From contig NMRA01000750.1 of assembly GCA_002633005.1 (NCBI GenBank), forward strand, positions 62,001-126,000: a stretch of 64,000 nt of DNA, read 5' to 3'. The notes below the pieces were generated by a model. It had not been told where the DNA came from, searched no databases, and saw only the letters and a program-made list of their open reading frames with translations. The position numbers and the translations under genes are program-made. This document shows, in pieces, positions 34,040 to 45,684 of the stretch. The stretch's first letter is position 1, and every line of letters starts with the position of its first letter. Origin of the DNA: Phoronis australis (Eukaryota > Animalia > Phoronida).

Positions 34040-35020
34040 ACAAAAAATTGTGTATGACAGCTTCTTTGGTAAATGGGAAATTTTTATTGTTCATGTTCAA
34101 ACTCCAGAGAATAGCACCGTTGTTACATCTGTGTATCGTAAGCCCAGTTTTTCTGGGCTTTTATCTTAAATTTGATATAGTTTTGTGCCTATCCAGTACA
34201 AGAGAGGTCTAGTCAATTGCTTGTTACACCGTGCCTGGAGAATCTGCTCCACCACTTTTAAACTTTTGATAGTAACATAGCTATGACTTTCCAGTTATTG
34301 CGTCCCAATGGTTACCCTCTGAATTTTCTGAATAGCTGTAAAAGGCACTTTCTTTCAAAATGAATGAGGCAGATAAGGTAGCTGTTATTGGACCCGAGAA
34401 AAAGAAAGTTTTCTTTCCTCTTGGTTACACCGAGCCAAGTAGTATAAAATTGAAACGTCAATTATCTCGCCTTATTCATTGCATAGACCCAACAGTTGAA
34501 CTGATAGTTGTTTTCAAACCCCTTCGGAAACTTTCCAATATGCTGTATGAACTGAAGTTACCCATCCCTTTATTGAACAAGAGCAATGTTGTGTTTTAGG
34601 TTGAATGTGACAACTGTAAGGAATTCTATATAGGACTCACACAGAGACGCCTCTGTGACCGGTTGAAAGAACATCACACCTCAGAGAAAAGTACGCAGGC
34701 ATTGTATTAGCTACAATCCCTAAGCCAACTCTGTTTGTATTATCTGCAGATAACCTAATAAGGAGTTACTGTACATTAAGAGTCACTGTCCATTCAGAAC
34801 CAGCATGCCACTAATTCTCTGAATAACATGCAGAGCTCAGTGACCCTGCAACTATGGTGATGACCAGCTACTCACCATATTCTATGTATCTCTCACTTCA
34901 CTCTATGGATGTTACTTGAGCTGCATGTTGGCACTTGTTGTCCTAAATTGTTGTAAATATGATCCTGGGGATGTCTAATGAAAAGACGAAACGTTGAATT
35001 GAACATGAACTTTTTTATTT
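34040..35020 (+). mobile_element. Decayed Penelope-like element (RT thumb, GIY-YIG endonuclease, 3' region)
   Basis: VTSVYRKPSFSG, PIQYKRGLVNCLLHRAWRICS, NGYP, then SNVVF*VECDNCKEFYIGLTQRRLCDRLKEH (PLE GIY-YIG); hammerhead-like motif at 34965-34996. Confidence 0.85.
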
Positions 35021-36414
35021 GTGCGGTGATCGTTCGGTTTTTAAACTAAAATCTTGCTAGAATCACGTGCTCATTGAAAATACACGCCAATATCTCGCGA
35101 AGTGTTGCTTTTTAACGATGTCCTAGCGTTACTGAACGGGAGGCTGGCCTCTAATAACCTGTATCATGGTGGAGTGCGGGCTAACTTAATGGGAGTTCGA
35201 TTTCCAGCTCAAACCCAGCAAATCACGTACTGAGAAAAGAACAGGTTCACGGCAATTTTACAGCGGTAAGTCATCAAAATCAATAATTTGCTTCTTGGAC
35301 GGGCAGCGGATTTAATGCCGCTTTAAACTAATTCAGTTGCCTGGTCCATCAATTCTACTTGGTGATTCTGGTAAAAGTCTTTTTATTCTGTTGTATTTCT
35401 GTCTTCAGCAGGGGCCATTAGGATGGACTAAAGTGAAAAGACGAAAAAACATTGTACTGTTGTAATTTGACTGGGAGATGCTGGACTGGTGAACAATCAC
35501 ACGCCTGCCATGGATTAAGTTTGAGATCCCGGCGGGGAGAGTGTGTGCTCCTGTATACTCGTGTACTATTTGTCTATTTAATTTCGACAAAATTTTGAAA
35601 TATTGGCAAAGGTGTCATGCAATCGAGGAACTCTGCATGATGACTTAGAGGGTTGGGACAAACAGGTCAGGAGACTCTTATAGCACGTTATCGCTTTTTA
35701 TGAGCTCCATCGAAATTTTGTTACCCAGATATGGCTATACGCCAATTCAGCGAGATTACCTTGCCTTATTAAAATACCTTACAGATTTGTTGTAAAATGT
35801 CCAACAAACAACTTTAAGCATAAACTGACGTCCTGAAATAACAAACATTTGTTTGCGGAGAAGTTGCCCTCTCAAGTTACAATACTTGTCATAGAGATCT
35901 AAAAATCTACCCGGCACGTGTCCGTTCACTTTGGTTGCCTTGCGTATTGTCAGTTGCACTGTTCAACGTGTCTTCACCACAGATGTGATTAGACTGCCGT
36001 AAATCTGCCCCAACTCTCATAAAGCGGCCATAATTAGGACTAGAACTCAAAAGGTTAGCGTCGCAAGCATACATGTATGTTTGTTTCTAACTTTCGAAAC
36101 TTGAAACAAAACTTTTCATGGGTTTAAAGCAAACAATTCGAACGCTGACAACACTTCTTGTGTTGCCGCACATCAGCATAATTACATGTCAAATCAGAGA
36201 GCAGCCATATGACGCCTGTAACACGACTCGGATACCATCACATGGGATATTTAAAAACTTTTGCATGTAACAGTAGTTGCCGCAGTATACATAGCGCAAT
36301 AAGTCAAATGTGAATGTATGTGAGCAGCGCGCGTTCACACTTGGCTGACTATGTTTGAAACTTCACGGCTGCCTCTTAAAGATGTGTTTGCGTGCTCCTA
36401 ACTATGCTAATATA

Positions 36415-38410
36415 TTCATTTATTGTACATCGTAGTCTTTACCTACACATACACAAATACATAAATTTAAATGTTTATCCAGAGTAGTTACACAGAGAAC
36501 AGTTCTCGTAAAGCCATAGCCTTCTGAATAAACAGTCCAAGGCGCTGGATAATGTCATGATTTTTATGTTGGAATAACCTAACAAGAGAAGAGTTAACAT
36601 TTACAAGCTCTGGTAGAAGATTTTTCCCAAGGTCTCCAAAACAGGGCACCGACACATGAAATGAGGCTCATCTTCAATTTCACCCAGACTGCATATACCG
36701 CATATTGTATAACTTCCAGGAATACCCATATGTCTACCTTTCTCTATTATTAAGTGAGTGACCTGAAAATCGAAATTGCGCAAGTATTCTCGAATAAGCG
36801 CTCAAACAATTCACATAATTATTGCTCGCTAACAAGATCACGTTTAATAAGACTATAAAATTCATATTTATTTGAACTACCTATTTCCAGTTGCCATTCC
36901 TGTACGCTGCAATCTAGTAGCCTCTGCGTGAATACCAGATAATAAATTCAACACTATTACCTGGGCCAAATAACCACACTTCTCCATAACCGAACCTATA
37001 CAAAATTTCTTTCACACGGTGTGCCCAGTTATAATTACAGTTTTCACCAGAAGTTCCCTAAGTGTACTATGGTACTTCACTGGGTACCTATGGTTTCCCA
37101 TATCAAGTAATTTTGTCCAATAGATAATTGGTTTACACATATATTTTGTAATAAACAAAATTGTCCTCCACATTCACCGCGAGCCACAGCATTCGGCGTT
37201 TTAATGCTCAGTCTCATAACTTAGTTACAGAAATCATTATGAACTTTTTCAATAGATTCATACATTCATGTGACCCCTATTTCTGCACCATATGTTAACA
37301 TGGGCATAATCATGGAGTCAAAGAGTTTAAAATGCACTGCGTAGGAGGTACAGTTAAATTTTGACAGAGTGGCTTTAATAACGCTCATTGCTTTTCGAGC
37401 TTGGTTTGCAAGTACTCTACAGCACTATGTCCATTTAACTCTACAGGAGAATGGGACTCCTAGTACTGTCTTGTAGTTGGCCCACGATTTGGTATCTATT
37501 TTTTTGGCCAGAAAACCACCTTTCAGTATTTGAAAAAATGCCCCCTCGTTAAATACCACAACATTTGTTTTGTCCAAATTAACTTGCAAGTTCTAATTTC
37601 GACAAAACTTTTCGAGGACATTGAGCTTCATCTGTAGCCCAGCAACAGTATTCGACACCAGCACCAAGTCTTCAGCAAAAAACAGAGAGCCTATATCACA
37701 ACCCGGGGAGACACGTATGCCTCTGCCTACATTTTCTCTAATATCAGACACTAGTGCGGTAATAAACACCGAGAACAGCCAGCGACTTAAAACACACCCT
37801 AGCCGAATACTAACTGCACAGTTATAATAGGGCGTGGTCTGTGACTTTACCATAACACACGACTGTAAAAAGTCGTACATACTGCGCAAAATGCAAACCT
37901 TTGGTTAAAAGGGCAAAAAATAAACGGAAATATCTACACTATCAAATGCCTTGCCGAATCCGCATTATACTTTCCCTTTCCGTTTAGTGACATGTTTCTG
38001 GATGATACTCTGTAGGTTAAACATGTTATCGATTGTAGAATACCCAGAACGAAAGCTTGTCTACTCTTCCGGAATACATTTCGTATTATTCGACCATTCA
38101 ACTGTACAAGTATAAAGAATAGTTGTAAAATTTTTATTAATGCTATCTATAACGGAGATTCCTCTATAATGATTTGGATGAGACTTATCTCCCTTTTTGT
38201 AACATGGCACAATAATACTTTTTGACCAGTGGGATGGATAATGCCCGGTATTGAAACTTCTATTAAAAAGTTCGCGGAAAAGTTTTACTAGGGCCTCAGG
38301 AAAGCACTTATAAAATTCAGCCAGTACACCGTCATCTCTGGGAGATTTATTATTCTTTTGTTTCTTAATGACCCTTTCTATTTCATCTGCGCTAATACTA
38401 TGCTAATGCA
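36415..38410 (-). mobile_element. Decayed LINE ORF2 (RTE-X-like), RT plus C-terminal CCHC
   Basis: KSPRDDGVLAEFYK, IVPCYKKGDKSHPNHYRGISV, GYSTIDNMF, RLGCVLS..LFSVFI, LFFAEDLVL, VNLDKTNVVVF, LFDSMIMPMLTYGAEIG, C..C..GEIEDEPHFMCRCP; AATAAA at the 3' end. Confidence 0.85.
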
Positions 38411-38857
38411 TAGCAGGAATTAAACGACAATGATATTTTAACATTATCTACGATAAACAAAGTGCAGTTGTATTCGTTGAGAGCTTATCAATGTGAAAAC
38501 AAAAAATCTGCAAATAGATCACCTTTGCACCAATGTACGCTTGGGGGCTCACATATCCCGCACCATGCAGTGTTATTCCTCAACACCACGTCACGATACT
38601 TATTGGACAATGTTGACTGATTTACGGCGGATCATTTTCGATACAAAACTCGTTCTTAAAAAACAGTTTTTCATTTTCAACCTACTACATATTCAAATCG
38701 TCACTATATGTTGTGTTTCCACCTAATTTGACCAAGCAATCACTGAGATAAGGAATTAGCGTGCAAGTTCCAATTAAGTTTTTGGTTAAGTGCTTCACAT
38801 TCCATTTGATGCAGATGAGCATTAGCGTGACTTCAGTATTCTAGGGACACATTTTAA

Positions 38858-39290
38858 AACAAGAGCAACGCGGAGCGTTGAAATGCGCCTACGACAGCAC
38901 CGCAAATAGTGTGATTTTAGGGGTGGTTATTTGTAAAAATGGCCATTAGAAGGCACAGAATACCCAATTGAACCATCCGAAAATGGGAAGGTGTCGTTGT
39001 CTCTCAGCCGTTTTTGCCAAATTTCATGAAAATCCGTCTCGAAACTCCAAAGATACAAAGTCGAAAGCAAAATAAATAAATAAATTGCCATTAGCAAACA
39101 CAGTGGTACTCGAAATGTTTTTGCCGAGGAGTTTCAAAGATACAGAGGACAACAAAAATTATAAAATTGCCAATAGCGTGACAGAGCAGTAGTCGGATCC
39201 ATCCACATAGTTGTCCATTGTCAACTTCATAAAAATATACTTGCCAAATTTAATAAAGATTCTGCACAGGGTTTGGCATAGACGCAAAAA
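38858..39290 (+). mobile_element. Non-autonomous HINE/Helentron-like element remnant
   Basis: Begins ACAAGAG after TTTTAAA, followed by a short hairpin (AACGC-GGA-GCGTT); internal CCAAATTTCATGAAAATCC and a repeated CAAAGATACA...AAATTGCCA block. Confidence 0.4.
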
Positions 39291-40646
39291 AACTGTCACT
39301 GGTAGGCGCCACAGTAGTCCAATGTCTTCGAAAATCATTGACGGTACTGTTCACAGTAGAAACATGAACGTCAATTTTCTAAATCGTCCTTAGGGTAGTT
39401 TGGTCGAAAGAGGCCGGGGCGGACGCCAAAAGCACATTACTAGAAAACAGAGCTGTCGACATTCCATCCTAACCTCGCATTTTACGTTTGCTTTTGCGGT
39501 GTATGTCCTTAGACAGATGCCTTCCATAGCAACCATCTGAAGTTATGCACAGAGTCTCTGCACGCGAACTTGGGCATCTATTGTGTCATTTGGTGAAGGC
39601 ACCCTTCGCCTACGATAGAAGTAGACACGAGCCCCATTCATTAATTGTTGGGACAACTCTGCTGCCGATTCAAAGGCAAGAAGACTGCACTGGCATAACA
39701 TTTTCTAGGGGTCGTCGTGGGTTGCATCAACCTCTGGAATGTTCGTTTCTTAGCGTATGGATGCTGCCAGTTTTCCCTTTCCAAAGAAATAAAACATCGT
39801 GTTGCAACCTAGCTGACGCTGTATGAATTTTGCGGAGAAGTTGGGTGCACTTTTTGGGGTCTAATCTCTAGACCTTTTTATTAATATCAAAAATATTACC
39901 TTTCCACCTCCGCATTTGAATCTTGGCGTCAACTGTCATCTAAGACATGTTCAACAAACCAAAAGCAGGGTGAAGTCAGTGCTGTCCTACCTACGAGGAT
40001 TCTGATGGTGTGGGCATCTTCATCCACCGCTTTCAACACGCGCCTATAAATTCTACCGCCTATAGTTGCCTCAGCACGGGTAACTACGAAGTGGTTTTTC
40101 TAACCGGCGTGACCTCGAATGGAAGGCGATAGCTGCATAGGTGAAAAAAGGTAATGGTTGAAAAGAGCCTTGTTTTTGGAATTGTTTAGTTGTTTCTCGG
40201 TAACGAACGGGCCTCTGGGGTTAACAGGATTTTCTTAGCCTTTTCTTGTTCTTGAACGATCCTTTGTACAGGGAGCTTTGACGGAGGCCATATCTTTCAA
40301 ACGGACAAATCCCTTGTAGTTCCAGAGATAGTCCAGACGACAGATGCTGGCCAGGACCAATATACAGCACGTCTGAAGCAAAACGATTTGTGACCGAGAC
40401 ACTGAGAGATTCGGCCGAAATGGTTTTGTCTACATTTCTCAGACAGCTCAGTGTATTCATCGATCGCGGCCCAGTGTAGGGATTGCGGGACAGTATCATC
40501 TCATGCTGAAAGATATCGGCTATGTCAATGTTACCTTGCTGCGCGCCATGCGACAAACAGGCCAACTGAACAGCGTCTCAGAGCCACAGGTGACCTTCGC
40601 CTTGATAGGGACAGGTCTACTCAGCAACTGCACTATTTTGACTTTT

Positions 40647-40951
40647 NNNNNNNNNNNNNNNNNNNNNNNNNNNNNNNNNNNNNNNNNNNNNNNNNNNNNN
40701 NNNNNNNNNNNNNNNNNNNNNNNNNNNNNNNNNNNNNNNNNNNNNNNNNNNNNNNNNNNNNNNNNNNNNNNNNNNNNNNNNNNNNNNNNNNNNNNNNNNN
40801 NNNNNNNNNNNNNNNNNNNNNNNNNNNNNNNNNNNNNNNNNNNNNNNNNNNNNNNNNNNNNNNNNNNNNNNNNNNNNNNNNNNNNNNNNNNNNNNNNNNN
40901 NNNNNNNNNNNNNNNNNNNNNNNNNNNNNNNNNNNNNNNNNNNNNNNNNNN
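40647..40951. other. Assembly gap (N run)
   Basis: 305 Ns. Confidence 1.
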
Positions 40952-42491
40952 CTTTGTTATTGTAACCTCGCTTTCAATTCACTTTGTTCCGGCCACATTG
41001 TCGTACGTCAAAAACTCATTCAATTTTCCCACCCTCTTCCTCCCAGTTTTCGTCATTCTCTCGTACATCCACGTGGCCGGCGCTTTTTATTGCCCATCTT
41101 ACCAGAGATTACCTATTATACTTATTTACCTGTATTCATTTTATTGTAATTGTACTAGTCATAATAAATGACCTTATATCGCTTACATCAGTCTCCTTTC
41201 ATCTCTGGTAACGAGCTTGCGACGCACGTATCATTTATCTATTATCCGGGACATATGTCGATCATAAACAACACGTCTGAAGCAAAACGATTTGTGACCG
41301 AGACACTGAGAGATTCGGCCGAAATGGTTTTGTCTACATTTCTCAGACAGTTCAGTGTATTCATCGATCGCGGCCCAGTGTAGGGATTGCGGGACAGTAT
41401 CATCTCATGCTGAAAGATATCGGCTATGTCAATGTTACCTTGCTGCGCGCCATGCGACAAACAGGCCAACTGAACAGCGTCTCAGAGCCACAGGTGACCT
41501 TCGCCTTGATAGGGACAGGTCTACTCAGCAACTGCACTATTTTGACTTTTCCTTATTGCCTGGTAACGTTTAATGCGCGCGAAACAAAAATCTGACTGTC
41601 TGCTCCCAATGACCAGTTCGGTCGTTTCGAACAGTCACGATGTCTAAAACTTGATCATTGCTGACGTTATGGACTAGATATGGCAGACGGTCAATGAGGG
41701 TATGTCAGTGCTTCTGTAACTCCCGAGCCGCGATCTTTCTCCATTCGTTCTTGTCTAGTCTCCTACTTCCCTCCCCTTTCTCCTTGTGCTTAGTCTTTTC
41801 CCTGTCTACTCAGAACTTGGCATTTTGGCTCTTCTCCACCTTCATTCTACACGTGTTCCATGGCGGTGGACATACCCTCTGATACAATTCACCCACACAG
41901 GCCACTTGCTCAGTTCTTGTTAAAATACCTTTCATGCTCCCAGAACCTTTTTATCCATTTGATATATCTGTCCGTTCCAATTCGAATTAATCAGCTTGTA
42001 CTGCAATCTTGTCTCTCGGGTGTCAACAACAAGCATGCGCAACTTTGAGTGGAACTTATATCTCAATAACATGGTGTTTCTGTCAAACCTTTTGGAGCTT
42101 GAGATGACGTTATTGTACCAAACCGCTAAGAATTGTTTATTTATCAGTTTTCAAATGGATTTACGCAGTAAATTGCCGAGATCAGTTACGGCAAAAGGCA
42201 TGAAGAAAGCTGGCGCACTGAAACGGATTACAGTTTATGACTTTCGACATTGTCCGGGTAAACTGCTCAACCACTGTACACATAATTGTGCTGACCTGCT
42301 GCGAAGAAATACGTTTTCTTCATGATACAGGGCCGTTGTAGCACGAAGGTAAACATGAGAGAAAACAGTGTTGGTTTAAAAAGGCGATCCACCATGCCTC
42401 CTGGTCAGGTAAACCATCAACTCTTCATAAATCTTGGCCCCATTAGAGTACAAGTTCAGTAGCAACACGGTTCTGGCAAGACTGCCTATCC

Positions 42492-42710
42492 CAGAGCTTG
42501 GAATGACCAAAGCCGGAAGAAGAAAATTTTCCAAGTGAAGTGTTCCACAGATAGACTTGGGTGACAGAAATATTGTTTGTGTGGTAAAATTCAACTAAAA
42601 TTAAGCTTTTTGCATGAACGAAGCCAAAATTATGAAAAAAAGACAAATAAGAGGGAACTGGAAATCAAAAATGAAGAAATCCTTTTAAAAAAGGAAAATT
42701 CCAAGCCCTG
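42492..42710 (-). mobile_element. hAT-like MITE family 1, copy 2, inserted in the Academ-like remnant
   Basis: CAGAGCTTGGAAT ... ATTCCAAGCCCTG termini; internal homology to 4760-4986. Confidence 0.75.
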
Positions 42711-43808
42711 ATGTCGAAAAAGAATTGGACAAAAAGCCTTCCCGTTCAGTATACTGGATGTTCCAGCAAATTCTGAACTGGTGAGCATTGCGACGCCAGA
42801 TACTTTCCTTAGTGTGCCCACGCCCGATACAACCCTGGAAACTCATGAGCGAAGTTGTTTGGCACACGATAACCTCCCATAATCAGTTAGAACATATCTT
42901 GCAGAGTTTTCCGAGGGACAATTGGGTTCGCAATTAGACTATTAGTTACCATGGAATCATTTCCACCCCTTGCAAGCATGCTATTAAATAATTAGATGAG
43001 CTGGACACTTACAAGAGGAAAATTTGAAGTACATCATGGTGTCACCTTAGTTTGCAATTAATTGCAATTGTTTGAATAATGTGCATAATCTGTAATTAAT
43101 TGCATCTAAGATTAAAGCCTTGCTGTGCCTTAGGAGAGTATTCGAAATAAATGACGTCGATGTTTATGTGCATAAATTGTCAAAACTGATCATGTAATGA
43201 CTTGCTTACCGATTTCATTACACTCGTTGACCACAAAACATGGGTGTATTTATCTACATGTACTAGCCCCTGTGAAAGTTACGAGCAGAAGTAGAATTTT
43301 GAATAGTGGCGGCCATGTCTTGCAAAAATTATGCTTGCAAAAGCGAGTAATTGATTTTATTAAATTAATTAACCACAGAAAAATTTAGAGATTGTCAAGA
43401 TTACAACACAGCCAAAATGCTCACATGAAACAATCACAAAAAATATATTACCAATATCTTTTAGGTCCCACATTGGTACCTCATGGTAACTAGTCTACCA
43501 TTTCGCTATTTCATAAACATCATTAAAGTTCTCCTTTTGATAAAATACAAGAGTGAATCAATTTAAAAAGAATCCCAACCAGCGTTTTGGTGAACAGTGC
43601 ATGAAGTATAGAACCTTGAGTTTCATATGAATCCATTAACCAGTTCTAAAGTACATGGGGTCAAATTTGAATATTTTTCTAGGCTCCTATATAACCTTTA
43701 CAAAGAACATTGGAACATCGTACATTTGGATTTCATTTCAATATTTTACTATGATTTTGCAGTTGAGTATTTGTTCAACATCAGTACAAGGATCTGGAAG
43801 CAATTCAG

Positions 43809-45010
43809 GGGCCCGTTCCAAGAAAACTGACTTGGCTAAGGCAAATCCTCAATCTCAATCAGTTTTAAAGTGTACGCAACATGACTCCAGTACCTCAAAA
43901 TAAATTTTATTATTATATCCTACTTGATTTCAGTGCCTTTAGTGCACAGCTCATAAAGAAACACGTAAAAATTGAAAAAAAAAATTATGTACAACGCCAT
44001 GGGTTGAACCCAAGTCGTTCGGCACACTGTTCGGATCAGCAACTGTATAGAGTGAAGTGAAAGTAAAGTATATTTAGCGTCGAGAAGGTTCGTAGAGGGA
44101 TGAAAAGAAGTGTTTGCGGAGGCTGCAGCAACAGCAGTCAGACGGAGAACGTCGCGGTGTTCCGAAGGACGCCAAAGTTGCGTAGTAGTGGCATCGCTTC
44201 GTGCGCCGAAAGAGAGTGTGGGACCTCAGCGTGGACCAAGCGATTCTGTCCGGGGCCACTCTGTGTTTTGCCCACTTTCTGAGGACTCGTGTTTCGACTC
44301 CAGTCACAGGAGATGTTACGATGAAGGCCTGGTTCAATAAAGGACAATATTTACTATTCAGAAACATCGTTTTTTTATTCAGGATCGTCTGTTGGATGAC
44401 TGGGTTGACTGGCCGAGGCCGAGGCCGCTTCTCTCGCGGGAGGATCCAGTTCGTAAGGCCTCAAAGTATAAAAGTACGCTGCTGAAAACATATCAAACTC
44501 GTTCTCGCTTTCGTGCAACCCCATTTCGTCATCCTGGCCACCATTCTCGTACGTTTCTTCATAGTATTTGTTCATTTCTTGCTCATAATCGTTGTCGCTT
44601 TCAAATTCCCTACTCTCCGCCGTTGTTCAATGCTAGTCGCCGAGCTCTTGTGTTCAACCCATGATGTCACATGGCGGGAAATGTGAAAATTGGCAAAATT
44701 GAAAGAGAAATCAAAATTTCGAGCTAATGACACAAAATAATCATGGATTTGGCTTAATTTTACGTCATACATTTAGTCTGTGGCCACCGGTAATTCGAAA
44801 TGTGCAAAAATCCATGGTGTGTACTGTTTAAGATAAAACTCAATTTGTCTCACAAATCCATTTCAAGAAAAGAAATTTTAAATTCAACCTACATTTTTGA
44901 CTTAGTTTCTCTTATTTTTGGCTAACTTACCAGATATGGAAGTTTGAAAGTTGAGATAAATCTTAGACTTAAGCAAAAAATTACCTTAAATCAGTTTCTA
45001 GGAATGGCCC
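43809..45010. mobile_element. PIF/Harbinger-like MITE (family 3) split by a nested insertion
   Basis: Termini GGGCCCGTTCCAAGAAA / TTTCTAGGAATGGCCC, flanked by CAG on both sides; uninterrupted relatives at 52193-52430 and 59375-59615. Confidence 0.7.
43869..44827 (+). mobile_element. Kolobok-like non-autonomous element with decayed THAP domain
   Basis: TTAA on both sides; imperfect 15-bp TIRs; MKRSVCGGCSN...PKDAKVA**WHRFVRRKRVW...LCFAHF at about 44100-44280. Confidence 0.7.
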
Positions 45011-45684
45011 CAGGACACCTCCTCTATAATTAATGAAAAATATAGAAGACTCTCCAGTGTTCAGATTCGACACAGTAGAGAAAGTATAGACTGTGAACTA
45101 TGGTTGAAACAATCTCCCAACTACAAATTGCTGCAACACACATCTTTACAATTTAAAGTTATATGAATATCAAACTGACACAGCTAATGTCAAATTTTAT
45201 TTTATTTTTAGAGAAGAACAGAATGACAACTGTAGCAAGTAAAATTAAAGGACCATACACAGATTCCACCTAAAACTGCTAATTTAAAACTTCATTGTAA
45301 CGAATGTAGCTGCAGATGCAATCACTCAGTCCATAGTGCATTACCCACATTCCGAATTTAGCTCTCCTTTGGTTGAGGTAGAAAAGCGCATAGCATTTGA
45401 TCTAGTTCTAGAAAGGTCAACTCCTAAAACACTTCGAGCAAAGTTGTAAATTAAAGTGAAGGAAGATTAATCACGCCTCATATTTTTATGTTTTTTTTGA
45501 AGTCTACATGGATGTAAGTCAAAAGCAAAATTTTAATGGCACCAGAACGACTACTGACACACTGACTTTAATTTAAAGTTATTAGCGTGCCAGCAGTGTA
45601 CAACTGTGGGGCAAATGCACGGGAGGGGAGAGAGGTGCTTGGTGAAACAAATATGTTACCTCGCTTCACTTTAATATGTATGGA

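Larger units (their letters stand above)
39400..42950 (-). mobile_element. Decayed Academ(X)-like DNA transposon (transposase plus XPG-like nuclease)
   Basis: Motifs in the expected order on the minus strand: LMSFQGCIG, FAGTSSILNGK, IDIADIFQHEM..CLRNVDKT..DVL, FERY, VLKAVDEDAHTIRIL..DSTDFTLLL, LGCNTMFYFFGKGK (H3TH-like GCDTxSxxxGKGK), MNGARV, RA*LQ-like..LWKA, LGWNV; many stops and frameshifts. Confidence 0.6.
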
